A DNA stretch of 64,000 nt from positions 506,959 through 570,958 of the forward strand of contig NMRA01000181.1 of assembly GCA_002633005.1 (NCBI GenBank), in the 5' to 3' direction. The DNA is from Phoronis australis (Eukaryota; Animalia; Phoronida). Shown in pieces: positions 1 to 12,818 of the stretch. A model generated the notes under the pieces. The model was not told the DNA's origin and did not search any database. It was given only the letters and a program-made list of their open reading frames with translations. Each line of letters starts with the position of its first letter. The stretch's first letter is position 1. Made by a program: the position numbers and the translations under genes.

Positions 1-650
1 GAAGGGGTGACATATAGGTTGTAAGCATGGGAACTAAGTTTTCAGCATTTACACTGCAGCCAATCTTTTCACAGACAACACAGTTCAGCTTCAGCTATTT
101 CTTGTGTATGTCCCCGTACTACATCACACAGTGGTGTTATTGGAACAAGATCGAGCTTTCCTTAAGCATCAAGACCCAGTTCATTAATTTGCAAAGCACA
201 ATTAAGCTCCGCGTCCTAGAAAGCATGGTAATAAAATGGAACCTTCTACGTTTGGTATTAAGCTAGGACCTCTCAATTAACACGCTGACACTGATTGAAG
301 CCGCAGAATAAAACTAAACATTCTTATAAGATGTGTTAGCAAATTACTGATCATCTGCTGACAGCCCATTACCATACCCTATATGTTTCCAATACAATAA
401 AACTAATCTGGTGCAGGAGCGCTACTTTCTAACAATTGGGGGCAGTGGAAGTCCCCTTATCAAAATCTTGCTGTTACAAGAATTCCTTTGATAACCTCAG
501 AGATGGCAAGGGTAAAGCACCTCGCCTAGCCTGGTCTTGGTGTAGCAAGGTCTGTTAACGCTATTCCATGTCACGGAAACCTACCCTATGTTTTTCTTAA
601 GTAAAATGACTATGAACATCAAGCACACAAACAACAAAGTGATGATTCAC

Positions 651-840
651 CTCAGCCTTCTCTTGGCTCTTTGCTTCCTCACTTCTTCATAACTGGGGAA
701 CATGTAGTTGCCCGTCACAGGTGGCCGATCTACAGGTGGGTATAGTGGAAACACATCACAGTATTTGACGAAAGCACCATGCCCTCGGGGGCATGTGAAA
801 TACCTTTTACCATTGAATACTCCATTGTGAGTTGAGCCAA
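651..840 (-). CDS. CAP-Gly protein exon 4
   Basis: tttcag acceptor, gtgaat donor; GSTHNGVFNGKRYFTCPRGHGAFVKYCDVFPLYPP...EEVRKQRAKRRL. Confidence 0.85.
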
Positions 841-3800
841 CTGAAAGAAAAGTGAAATTTTAAGGTTTAGCAACAAAAAGATACATGTGGCCTTATATGT
901 ACTTGATTGCCCACCAACATAGAAAATGTTGCAAGACCTGTCCCACCAAGTTGGGTGGACTAAATCTGGTATTGTGCTGGTCAGCAGTTTGTTTCATGAA
1001 AAGTGACTTAAGATTGTTTAAGACAGAAATTTGTTTTTTTTTGCTCCCATTTCATGATTGTCGAATAATTAAAAGCACATAGTCGCCTGGATTTAATTTG
1101 TACAAATTTTCTCCATAAGCAGCAATTATGGGTACATTCTCAGATATTTGGTTTGATTGAATGAGTTTCGACTATTTTTCATTGTTATGTGGAGTGTAAG
1201 ATCAAATTTCTATCTTAGGTCTTCATAACTCAGAACACAGGATTTTAACTAATGTGGAGGAACCCCTTACAGGGCCAGATCTATATATATACCTCTCAGG
1301 AGCCACGCTTAAAAAATACTGCCAGCCCAACAAAAACGCAACGCTGTTTCACTAAACTCCTCATCATCAGTATCCACCCCTGTCCTACCCAACATAGAAG
1401 AGAGATTCGAGAGAAGAGCGAACTTCATTGGAAGTCTTGACTGTAATAGGTTGTTTGTAAAGGAGTCTTTAAAATATCCAGATTGCAAAGAATTGAAAAA
1501 TCGTCACAAGTGTTCAGCTAGTATCTAGCAAGAAATAATGCATACATGATAGGTTCAATACATATTGGAAGAACAAACAATAGTTCTGACTGAAGAAAAA
1601 AACATGGTAACAACAAAATTGGCACGACTTATTTTCAAACTTTTTATCTATCAAGCAATATTCGCTAGTCTATATCACCTGCTTCCTACCTTATTTAACA
1701 GTAAGGCAAAGAATGAATGGATATTTCTGGGAAGGGGGTATATAAATATTCATGGTCAAGAGGTTTATTTCAACAAATCACAGTAATGCTTTATGGCACT
1801 GAGAAATGCCACCATTTACTGAACAAATGGAGCTGATATCTTAGAATTACGAGTAGCTATGAAGAGCGTCATTAGGTGGTTAAGTGACGTAAAATAAGTA
1901 ATAACTTGAGAACACATTCTTTAAGTGGTTTTGACTTTTCTCTAAAGTTAGTGTCCAATACAGGTACATAAATGAAAGTGACACTTCATGCATGGGTCAA
2001 ACTGGTGTACTTGACTGTGAGGATTGCCAAATCAAAAACACATTGAAGCAAATAAATGCTTAAGCATCACATACCTTGAAGATTAACAAATCAGATATAT
2101 ACAGATACACAGAGATTATTGTCAAAATGAATATTTTACAAAAATTCATGAAGTTTGCAATCTTGGAAAAGACAGAAAACTGCCTGAAATGGCCTATATA
2201 GGGGATTACTTAAGTTATAATAACCAAAAATTTACAAAAAATTTGGAAAGTTCGTACCAAAGCTTTTTCAAATTAGAACACAAAATATTTTTAGTCAATT
2301 TTCTTGACAGGAGTTTTTACTTCAACACAACTTTTAGATTTTAACGGAACTTTTTTGACTTCATCTGATTTTTTTTATTTCAACTGAACGCATTTTGTAA
2401 CCATACTTAGTAGCTGTCAACAAACAAAACATAATGATATTCTGGAGTCTGGGTATGTGAAGCAAAAAGCATCCAAACATGGGACGTGTCCATTTTGGTC
2501 AATATTTTTGTTTGAAATGGAAGAAAATAAGATACAGGTACTGATTCCAATCCAACTATGTGAGTGGTGGGGATAAAGCTGCACTGAAAAACTACAAGTA
2601 CTGGTAGCACAATCATGATAATTTACAAAAAAAATCTAGCACAACAATTTACAAAAAATCCAGTTTTTGAAATATTCTCACAGCCATGCAGATTCCAACT
2701 TTGAATGATTTCACCAGTTCAAAAAACCTTTTAAATATTATGCAAACAATTTCCTCAATAGCAGTTTTCCAAAAATACCACTGATGAAAACATATGAAAG
2801 ACATTGGTTTTAAAAATCGGACAACCGCCGCACAAATAAATATCCTGACGATGTCTAATGAAAAGACGAAACGTTGAATTGAACATGAACTTTTTTATTT
2901 GTGCGGCGATTGTCCGGTTTTTGAACTTATTGTGGCCAAAAACTGATTTAATTAACATTGGTTTTAATAAGAGAAAATATCAACAATTACTGAGCCAATC
3001 ACACCTGAACAGATGGAACTTACTACTATAGAAAATGCATCAAGTGGTAACAGTCACATCAAGGTGCCCAGTGTTTTATTTACAATGTATTTCTTAGATC
3101 CAATTTGATAAATATTTTACCCACGCAGAGAGGTGTTATTCACTCAGTATAATATATTTCTATAGTTCCATTATGGAACATAACTGAACAGTCTAAAACC
3201 TAACAGGAAAGTCAATGGTCCATTCATCTGTGTAATATTTTCAACAAACAAGACAACAAAGGACATATCCACATACACTAGTGGATTGACAGATCTTCTA
3301 TTTTATTGGTACGGTTGCCAAGAACAATCTCAAGTTCATATTGTAGTCAAAGTTGCCATTTTAATGCCGCACAGGGTAACAAAGCCTACGACGGTAATTG
3401 GATAGCAAGGTTAAAAGGAGCCAATCTAAAAATACCAAACACCAAACACATGAGGAGGAAAGAAGTTTACCAAACAACTTGTTTGGCAAATGAGTGGAAT
3501 AAATTTTGACCAACATTATCACATGAAGCGTGACCCTAAAAATCATTGTCAGTGGTTATGAGGATATCTGAAATTAAATCCACGGATTGGCATTGAGAAC
3601 CCTCTGCATTGCTTTCGGATCTCACGCATACCTTCGTTCAGACATCAACTGTCACCCTAATAAAAAAACGGTTACTATTAAGGCCCTAGTATGCATTACT
3701 TTCTGATGTCACGCATACCTTCGAGCAGACATGAACTGTCACTCTGATAGAACAACAGTTGCTATGTTATTATTAAGAGAAAAGCTTTTCACTGTAGGTA

Positions 3801-6800
3801 CAAACTCTTCAAAATTAAACACAATTTGTTATTCTTGCTATGGCTCCTATTTTTATTACTATGGTTAACTGTTATGAAAAGGTGTTACACCCCTGTGTAA
3901 ACAAGTGCACAGTTGTCTGCCTTCTACCCAAAATCAAGTAACACTTAAAACAGACACAGTTTTTATATTACCAGTATCAGAAAGTCGCGACTGCAAAACA
4001 GTTAAATGCAGGACTTAGCATGATCAATGACAAAATAGAGAAACATTTTCAAGGTGGTGTATCGTTCCACAAATAAATAGGCTTGTGTGATAAAAATATT
4101 TCTTGGTATTGTAAAATTTAAGTGAAATAAACCTTTTGGCATGAATAAAGTCAAAATAATGGTAAAAAAGTGACGCAAAAGAGAGGAAACTAGAAATCAA
4201 ATTAGAGGAAATCGATACCAAATAAGAGGAAATCGTCTTAAAAGAGAATTCCAAGAGAGCTCTGACTAGCAACTTTTCGTTTCCTCATTTGAAGGGTAGT
4301 ACAGCTTTATATCAGTGACTAGCTTGAACATGAATACAATGCACTAAGTTGGCACTCAATTATTGACTACAGCACATACGTGAACATTTGCCACACTAAA
4401 ACAAAAGAAATGCCAGCAGGCTTGCATTAATTAGTCCTAATTAATAACGACTATTGATTGGTATTGATTCAAGAAATTGCAGCAAATGTTTGTAGAACAT
4501 GCACAACAAACAAGAAATCTGCATTTGATGTTATTTTTACAGTAAAATCTTATCAAATTCAGACAAAAATAATTGCCATGATTTAACATTTGCTGATAAA
4601 AACAAGGATGTGTTTAAATCGGCTTGAAATGTTTTGGGGTTTATTAAAACACGATCCTCAGAAGCTGAAAATTCATGAAGATCTGCACATAAATTGGTGT
4701 AAGACCAGTCTCAGTATAGGCAACTGAAACCCCACAGGTTGTTGGACACCCGTTTTAAAAAATTCTTGATCCGACCGCCCCTTTTAAAAAATCCTGGATC
4801 CACCCCTGAAACATTGCATTGCAATGCATTTTTCTTCTGGATAGCAGAGATAACAAAAGTCTTAGCTAACTCCATAAGCACGAGAATACGAAGATAAAAC
4901 AACCACACCCTCAAGCAATCAGTTGTTACATGACTAAAATGACAGCAATCAAATTATTAACAACAAATTTAATACAGAATAGTGAATTGCTACATTATGG
5001 CTGATGACATCATGGTTGCTAGACTTCAGAAAGCATATTTTGGTACTTTTTTTGGGATTATTTTATTCTGGTAATTATAACCACCTAAAATATGAAGAAC
5101 TTTAGACTGCATGCCACAGGGGTGGCCTTAAAAGCGGGTTTTTTTGTAAAACAACTGGAATCAACCACTCACAACATAAGCAACAAGGCTGAGTTTCACG
5201 GTGTGTTGTGATGGTGTGATCAGTTGCTAACGGACTATAGCAAACTGAAGTAATAAAATGCATGGCAGTCAGCACCATCTTTCTGCATGTCCCAGCTCCT
5301 TAACAAGAAATAAATGACACACTGTAATATGGAGTGACAACCATGGAACCCATTGGGTCTTTACCNCCCATATTTTGATGCTCATGCCTGAATACCCATG
5401 AGCATTAGTGACTGTTGAACAAATTATCAAACTGTGAGTCACAGTAAAACTTACATAAGTCTGGTACAGTTGTACTGAGAGATTATATTCAAGTCTGATG
5501 AAATCCAATCAACTACTTGTATATGAATTACGGGCCAAGTGCGCAAACTAGAATAATCATACCACGTAACACTTTTCGACTAGATACGAAAATCCAACTT
5601 ATACACGCCTGACCTATTCAAATTTTACATAACTGCAGTTTAATGTTCACTGAATATGTATACTTCAGGTTAAAAAAATTGGAAAGCGCAGTAAAAATGC
5701 AACACAACACTGTGGTATAATAAACCAGGCATAACTAATTGAAGATAATTGTTTTTTTGTTTTTCTTCTGCTGAGACCAAAGAGTTGTTGATTACTTACT
5801 GTTGTCGTCCAAATGTACTCCAACAAAGACTTCAGGCGCTATCAGGTTCTCATCAATTAGTCCAACGTAACGTACAAAACCTTAAAAGGGTGAGAAGAAA
5901 CAAAACGACTTGTTACAACTTAGCGAAGTATACATTTAATAACATGAATAGCTGACCAACTGTTATGTTTCAAACCATTTTCGCTAATTTTTTACATATT
6001 TTGTTCTCAAAAGTCACCGAATTGACACCTGTAAGCCCATAAAAAGTAATTTTATTGCTTGTTGTTATAAAGTGGTTCAGTGAACTTATAATCTCCACAA
6101 TGGGCTTAAAATACCCTGATTGAGATGAGCACCACATACAGGAGCTGCGCTGCTCAAAAAGTACCGTCAGAGAATTTCTCACAATTGTTTAGGGTGTTTT
6201 TCAAAATAAGATGTAATCACATGAAATCATGGCTAGAGAGACCTCACTCTTCATCTAGAAGACAATGAGAATTTGCCATTTATTATACTATAGAGACTCA
6301 CAGAATATCTGAGAAAGTAAACATATGGTGGGAAGAACTTTACAAACGTAGCTCAGGTCCCCCAACCCAGCCACTTGTGGGGTTGGTGGTCCTCCTGTGC
6401 TTTTGCCAACCAATAGATCGCGGGAAACTGGCTAATAACATTTGAGTGAAGCATTATGAAAATGAGAAACCCTAACAAGGTCAAACTGACATGTCAATAA
6501 ACTTTTATCCTCCTGTGATCCTTTACTCGGGCAAATAAGTTTAATTCAATCTCACTATATTACCAATGTTATTTACTTGATCTGACCTGAGGTCGTGGAG
6601 AACACTTAATTGTTAGATGTTACGGCCAAGATCGCAATACTCTTTGGCAATTAAGTGACCTAAAATTTCCATTTTCAGAACAAAAAATTGAAAGAGAGAC
6701 AGTTGCAGTTTTGCAAAGTTTACTATCAACCAATCTACTAGTCACAGGTGTTTGTTTTCATTTACATAAAGTATATTTTGTTTTCTTGATCAAAAAGTAA

Positions 6801-7719
6801 ATTGGGTTGAGCAGCGTACATTACAGTCTCATAGCAACATTCTCCCCTATATTTGACCGCACTGTTGATGTATTGCCAGCACTACATACCTGGATACTGG
6901 CCCTTTACTGTGACTCTATCTCCAATTTTTATTCTCCACTCCTGTTGCTCAGGCTTGAAAAGTGTGGATGTGTCTTGAGCACGCTGTATCACAGATCGCT
7001 GTAACAACTGCTCTCCCTTCTTGCCACCATATGCCTTCCTCCAGAATGTTTTGCAGGGACCGCAAGTACACAGGTACGGGTCTATTTCAGTCTAAAATTG
7101 TTAGCATACAACACACGTTTACTTTAAAGAGAGGTGAAAATACAACACATGTGAATAATAATTGAGCTAATCACTGTGTTAACAGTGCGTACGTGTGCAA
7201 CAATCGCATTTCACGGGACAGAATGGAACTGCATGGAGTCTAGTGACTGCCTGTGAATGAGGTATATTGCGTTAATTTCTAATGAGTAGTTTTGGACTCC
7301 GTTTTGGAGTTATAGAGGACCTACATAGGGCCTATCCGACTAACAATGCCCACAGGCAATAGTCAGTGCCATTGTATAGGTAAACAGTGTAAACACCCTG
7401 GTAAATTGGCCCTGTGATGCAAAATACTGAGTTAAATTTTGATACATGAACGTTTTAAACCAGTTTCACCACTACATTTTAGGTTTGGTGTTGACACGCG
7501 TGTACGCGGTGTTGACCGACTCTTGACTGACTTGTGTGAAGCCAGGATCATAAGCCAAAAAGTCATAGATAAAATCAATAATGAAACGACATTTATTTAC
7601 AAAAATTGTAGACCAGTGGAAAATTAATGTATTCGCAAACTTACATTTTCATAAGTGACGTTACTTTTCACCTTTTTGGCGCTCATCACCACAGATTCTG
7701 CGACGTCGCTTTGTACCAT
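651..7719 (-). CDS. Uncharacterised CAP-Gly domain protein, 5' four coding exons (7672-7719, 6890-7091, 5800-5880, 651-840); 3' end probably outside window
   Basis: Spliced translation MVQSDVAESVVMSAKK/TEIDPYLCTCGPCKTFW...WRIKIGDRVTVKGQYPG/FVRYVGLIDENLIAPEVFVGVHLDDNI/GSTHNGVFNGKRYFTCPRGHGAFVK... matches the CAP-Gly pattern (GxRV..G.V.Y.G..VGV.LD..G..NG...G.RYF.C...HG.FV). All junctions are GT-AG with matching phases. Confidence 0.85.
2810..2925. repeat. Inverted repeat, probably the core of a degraded non-autonomous DNA transposon
   Basis: ttaaaaatcggacaaccgccgcacaaataaa ... tttatttgtgcggcgattgtccggtttttgaa, ~30-bp arms. Confidence 0.55.
4008..4264. mobile_element. Degenerate copy of the CAGGGCTTGGAA-TIR MITE family
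   Basis: Colinear similarity with 50421-50665 (cttgtgtga, gagaggaaact.gaaatcaaat.agaggaaat); TIRs degraded. Confidence 0.65.
4771..4808. mobile_element. CAGGGGYGGATCCAG-type MITE terminus
   Basis: Reverse complement reads caggggtggatccaggattttttaaaaggggcgg; resembles the ends of 14162-15123. Confidence 0.45.
5800..5880 (-). CDS. CAP-Gly protein exon 3
   Basis: ttttaag/gtaagt, phase 1-1; GFVRYVGLIDENLIAPEVFVGVHLDDN. Confidence 0.85.
6890..7091 (-). CDS. CAP-Gly protein exon 2
   Basis: ttttag/gtatgt; TEIDPYLCTCGPCKTFWRKAY...IKIGDRVTVKGQYP. Confidence 0.8.
7672..7719 (-). CDS. CAP-Gly protein putative first coding exon
   Basis: ATG at 7719, MVQSDVAESVVMSAKK, AAG/gtgaaa phase-0 donor fitting the next exon. 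Confidence 0.6.
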
Positions 7720-8399
7720 AGTTGTCGTCAGGCAGCCATGATTCCCAATGCTTTGACAACAACGGGACACTCGACAGGTAGCGCTCAAAAGCCGTTCCGG
7801 GAAGTTGTTGCACCGCAGAATCTAAATTTCCTTCCTCAATGACCTAGTTGAACGGATCTCGGCTTTAAGCCTGTTCTTGGGCCAAACAATATGGCATAGC
7901 CTCGATCGGTTCAGTGATGCCGTTTTTTGAGAATTAATGCGGCGATGAGGTATTTTTAGTTCTACATTTTTAAAAATATACTTGTAATGAGTTAGTGTAT
8001 TGCTTCACAGGATTGAAGTTGCACTTCCTGCTAGTTGGCTCAAAAACGAAAATCAAATTTCTAGGTCTTTGACTGCCCAGCGGGCCACCCCGTCGGGCAC
8101 CGACGTCAGAGTCCCCAGAGATCTTTTTACTAGAAATGAAACTCGAATAATTTTTGGCTTTTTCTATTTTTTATTTTTGTATTCAAGGTAAGTGCCAATT
8201 AGTCTGTACAAGAGTACAGTATGGTTTATGCTTATGAGCCTCGAAAATACCTTAAAACTATACTTATGTGATCTACGGCGGACGACCATACAATTTCGTT
8301 CAGTTCTCTTCCAAAAATCTTTAACTGTTTCTGGTTGCGTTTTCTGATTGCGGGAACTGCTTAGCCAGTCTGGACCCACTGTCCCCGGGACAACAGCTA

Positions 8400-8442
8400 G
8401 GCAACAGCTAGGCTTGGAGGGCCTCCAAGCCTAGCTGTTGCC
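8400..8442. repeat. Perfect 21-bp palindrome with 1-nt spacer
   Basis: ggcaacagctaggcttggagg g cctccaagcctagctgttgcc. Confidence 0.9.
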
Positions 8443-9226
8443 GGTTCCCCCATGGACTTGGAGTTCAGTGGCGTCACCATCAGTTTGCCTCTCCATCTAT
8501 GACATCAACCTTTTCCCTCAGGAGAAAAATGTTCTGATCTTGTTCTACTCATTTTATCATTTGATCGACAGAGCCACCAGGAAAATATGTCTACACTGAT
8601 TCCATCCTACGATCGACTGTGTGCTGTCCTGGTCACTGAAACCCACGTGATCACAGTTCCATGGAAGCACTTCAATAGTTTGTTAGACTCCCATCTCCAC
8701 ACAGTGGGGTGCCTTGGCTACTTTAAACCAGGCGTGAGTTCAATAACGCTAGGACCTATGCTAGGTCCTAACTAAAATCTTGTCAACATTACGTGCTCTC
8801 ATTTTAAAATACACGGCAATGTCTCACGTAATCTAGCGAAGTCCTACCGTTACTGAACTGGAGGCTGGTTTCATTGAATCCGCTCCTAGCTGTAAACAAG
8901 AGCTACATGAAATGCAACCACACCTGCAATTCAATTCCAGTAGTTTTTAATGTCATAAAAATGGCCATTAAACGCCACAGAATACATTGAACCTAGCAAG
9001 GCGTCGTCTTCTCTCTAAAAAGAACATTGTCCGGTAAAATAAATGAAAATCCGCAAAGAATGAACTGTAAAGATAGAGACAGGCGTTAGTCACTTTTTTG
9101 AAAAAAAATGAAATTTCCAATCGAAGGCACAGCAGTGGTTCAATTCTTGTCGAGTTTAAAATAGGACTACACACGCCAAATATTGTGACCTTGCAAGGGG
9201 TTAAGTTGATATAAATTCAGATGTTG

Positions 9227-9257
9227 ACAAGAGCAACGCGGAGTGTTGAAATGCGCC
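9227..9257 (-). mobile_element. Isolated terminal fragment of the HINE/Helentron family seen at 56332
   Basis: acaagagcaacgcggagtgttgaaatgcgcc versus acaagagcaacgcggagcgttgaaatgcgcc at 56333. Confidence 0.7.
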
Positions 9258-9467
9258 AACGATAGCACTACAAAAGGTGTGCTTTAATGAGTATGTTTAC
9301 AATTGTAAGAGTATCCATTAGATATAGAGGCAAACGTAAAAAATAACATTAGGGGCCAATGTTATAGTCCGATTTGTGTGTAACTCGTAATCTCTTGTCA
9401 TTGCCATCTCTGATGGGATGTATAATAATAAAACAGTTGGCTGCAAACAGTTACTGGGCAGATATGG

Positions 9468-9520
9468 GACCTCGGTGGCTCAAGTGGAACAGCACGAGAT
9501 CAGTAATCTAGAGACCTGGA
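9468..9520 (+). mobile_element. tRNA-derived SINE-head-like fragment
   Basis: A-box-like ggtggctcaagtgg followed by an anticodon-arm-like segment; no B box. Confidence 0.3.
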
Positions 9521-9758
9521 AATTTTCTGGAGCAGCACAGAAATGAGTCCGACACAGACCGGGACCTCTTAAAGCGAAGAAGCTAACTTTAATAGTGCAG
9601 TTGGACCAATTCCCGCAGTAAAATTGTGTCACGACTTGTTCCTTATTTATTCACCCCAGAAGGGACTCTTGGTATTTCTAAGAATAATGAAAGTTCGTAA
9701 TTGCTGGAGAGCATCACCACACCCTGACAGCAGCATGCAGATGGAGGGGGGGTGGGGN

Positions 9759-10896
9759 GGTGACGGTTGACGGCCCAGGGCAACCACATCGAGAAAGGGC
9801 ATCCATTAACGCTGAAATCGTGACCGATTTGTAGTTAAATTAAATACAAACTTATTTTGTTTCATCTGCTATACTTTTTATACTTTTCTTAGTACTAGGG
9901 TCCATGCATTTGAGCAGAAGGGCATCAAATAAGAAAACCGCTCCTGGCATCTCCAAACCTCTGCAGCAATAGTAGGTCTTTCCAAACCCAGAAATCACAT
10001 CTATTTTGACTAAGCAAGAAATGAGACCAATTTCATAACGATACTCGCTCTCTTGTGACGGAAGAGGGGTTTAGAGCTGTTAATGAGGGACCTTACTGAA
10101 AAGTTCGCGTATTCCGCCAAATATATACAGACCAATTATATTTGAAATCCATACAAAATTCACTGCTTCCTATCAAAGGCCAGTGTTTTGCCTTTATTGC
10201 TCAAACCTGTACAAGATCCAGCGCAGGCGACAATGACAACACGTGACTAAAGCGTTAAATTTTATTAGCAATAACGACTACATACTGACAGAAAGACTAT
10301 GCAGAATCGTTGCCAATAGCCTAAGGANGGTGACGGTTGACGGCCCAGGGCAACCACATCGAGAAAGGGCATCCATTAACGCTGAAATCGTGACCGATTT
10401 GTAGTTAAATTAAATACAAACTTATTTTGTTTCATCTGCTATACTTTTTATACTTTTCTTAGTACTAGGGTCCATGCACTTGAGCAGAAGGGCATCAAAT
10501 AAGAAAACCGCTCCTGGCATCTCCAAACCTCTGCAGCAATAGTAGGTCTTTCCAAACCCAGAAATCACATCTATTTTGACTAAGCAAGAAATGAGACGAA
10601 TTTCATAAGATACTCGCTCTCTTGTGACGGAAGAGGGGTTTAGAGCTGTTCATGAGGGACCTTACTGAAAAGTTCTCGTATTCAGCCAAATATATACAGA
10701 CCAATTATATTTGAAATCCATAAAAAATTCACTGCTTCCTATCAAAGGTCAGTGTTTTGCCTTTATTGCTCAAACCTGTACAAGATCCAGCGCAGGCGAC
10801 AATGACAACACGTGACTAAAGCGTTAAATTTTATTAGCAATAACGACTACATACTGACAGAAAGACTATGCAGAATCGTTGCCAATAGCCTAAGGA
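9759..10896. repeat. ~569-bp near-identical tandem duplication bounded by Ns (probable haplotype/assembly artefact)
   Basis: 9759-10327 and 10329-10896 differ by a handful of substitutions and one indel; N at 9758 and 10328. Confidence 0.85.
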
Positions 10897-11498
10897 CCAC
10901 CTATACCTTAAACATTGAGACCAGACAGCTTATAACAACTCATTCAGACATGTAATTGACTGGGTCAAGACCATTCTCGGGACAATAACTGGAAAGTGAT
11001 GTAAAACAGAAACATGTAGTAGGCAAACACTTTAACACAAAGTGCAATTTCTGTAGCAGTTCCTCTTAGAACCAGACCACATTTAACCAAGTTCACTGGA
11101 AATTGCACCTCTAGAAAATGGCCAAATATTACATAGTTTTAACTCATATCTGAGCATACTGTTCAAGCAAAATTCAATTGAGGCACTATACTGACTATGT
11201 CCAGAGACCATAATATCACAAGGTCACATTTAGACAAATTCAGTGTTCAACAACTTTTGCAGATGTGAATTACAAGCATTTTTACAGATTTATATACAAT
11301 GAAAGAAAATTTACATAATCTACATTCACATACATAGTTTCTATACATGGGTAGTTAAAATCTGGGCCAGGTTGACAAAAAGAAAACTCATGACCAGCTG
11401 TCGTCTTATTGATATGTTTAAAATAAAAATCACAAATTAAGCTGTTCGCATTACATCAGACTATTGCCCTTTGGGGTAAGTCCGATATAACATGCCGG

Positions 11499-11555
11499 CA
11501 TTTTGAAAACCAGTTTTCTCCACTGAATAACAGGCATCAGCTGGTTCTCAAAATG
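11499..11555. repeat. Small hairpin element in putative CNOT1 3' UTR
   Basis: cattttgaaaaccag...ctggttctcaaaatg; reverse-complement copy at 51761-51816. Confidence 0.75.
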
Positions 11556-12818
11556 AGGGAAGATTATAGACTATTTGTCATTTTGGTACCAAAGAGCAAC
11601 TATGTCTCCCACTGGCAAAATTAAAATTTGAATTGACTAAATGCAAACAAGAACAAAGCACTGGTAACTATGATATAAAAAGCACTCGGATTTCGTGAAT
11701 TCTGTATAAATCTATGAGAATTAACAATTATTTAAAAAATGGCAAGTTTTTGTTTCTTTTGTACAACCAGGCCCCGAAAACGCATGTTTGCACAGGATAT
11801 GCCGAGGATCATTCATGGGTCGCACAGTGCATTACAGAACAGATATAGCAACGAAATTCGGTAAACACCATGCACACACACGCCAGTTTCCCCAGCCCCC
11901 TGTACAAACTAGCGAAACTACAAACATGAAAAAAAAAACAAGTTGGACCCTAGTCAGAGTTGTTGCTGTTCTTGTTCAGACTCATGGAATGTTTCTAGGA
12001 CGACATGCCCTAGCGACACCTATCAACAAATGCTGCCTGTTCTGACAACATATAGCACCTTAATGACATACTATATACAGAGGGGCCACATACATACGCT
12101 GGGCATTTAAATGCACAGCTCAGCCTAGGTAGACAGCCATGGAGGCGACTACTCACAGCACGGTCACAGCCGTCACCTGTTGTGGAATGAGGCACCGACA
12201 GGTAATAAATTAATATTAGGTTAACCTGTACAGCACTAAAGTGCCGGTCAAAACAAGGCATTGTCATGAGTTACTACAACCAGACTGCCTCAACTATTCA
12301 CAAGAATGAAAACAGAGTTTCACGTATTGATAATAACAAAGAGAAGAGGAAGGCAGAAAAGAGAAGTCAGTGGTCTTGAATCTGAGGTTGCACATCACTT
12401 CCCAGTTTAGTGTCGTTGAGTTAATAAGCTGTTGAGATGGCGCACACAACACTCCTTCGCGAGAGACTGATCCAATAAAATATACACCTTCGGCTGGTCC
12501 TTGAAACTCGTGACGATTCCAATCTACGTTCAACACAAGGAACTGGGCACATGGTACAACGAAAATCAAAACCTATCCCCAATCCAATCTATACAGCCTT
12601 GTTCTGTCACAAAAATCCAACGCGACGAAGCAAGACTTCCAAAGTAAATGTCTATAAAAGAATCTTGCAGCTTGTCTCTTCAAAAAACACACCCAGTTTA
12701 CAAGCTTTTATCTCAACATTTGTCTCATAAATGCACTTTTCAATCGGTTTAAATCCAGTCTCAAGTTGAGGTGACTCTCTTTTTTCCTGAGAAAGGACAA
12801 TGTCCACAGTGCTGCTAC

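Noticed and set aside
27-266. Short ORF or possible next exon of the CAP-Gly gene
   Set aside because: A ttctag acceptor near 215 gives only a short uncharacteristic peptide; there is no homology support on either strand.
9759-10896. 569-bp tandem duplication as a biological duplication
   Set aside because: Each copy begins exactly after a single N and the copies differ only at allele level, which is typical of unmerged haplotigs.
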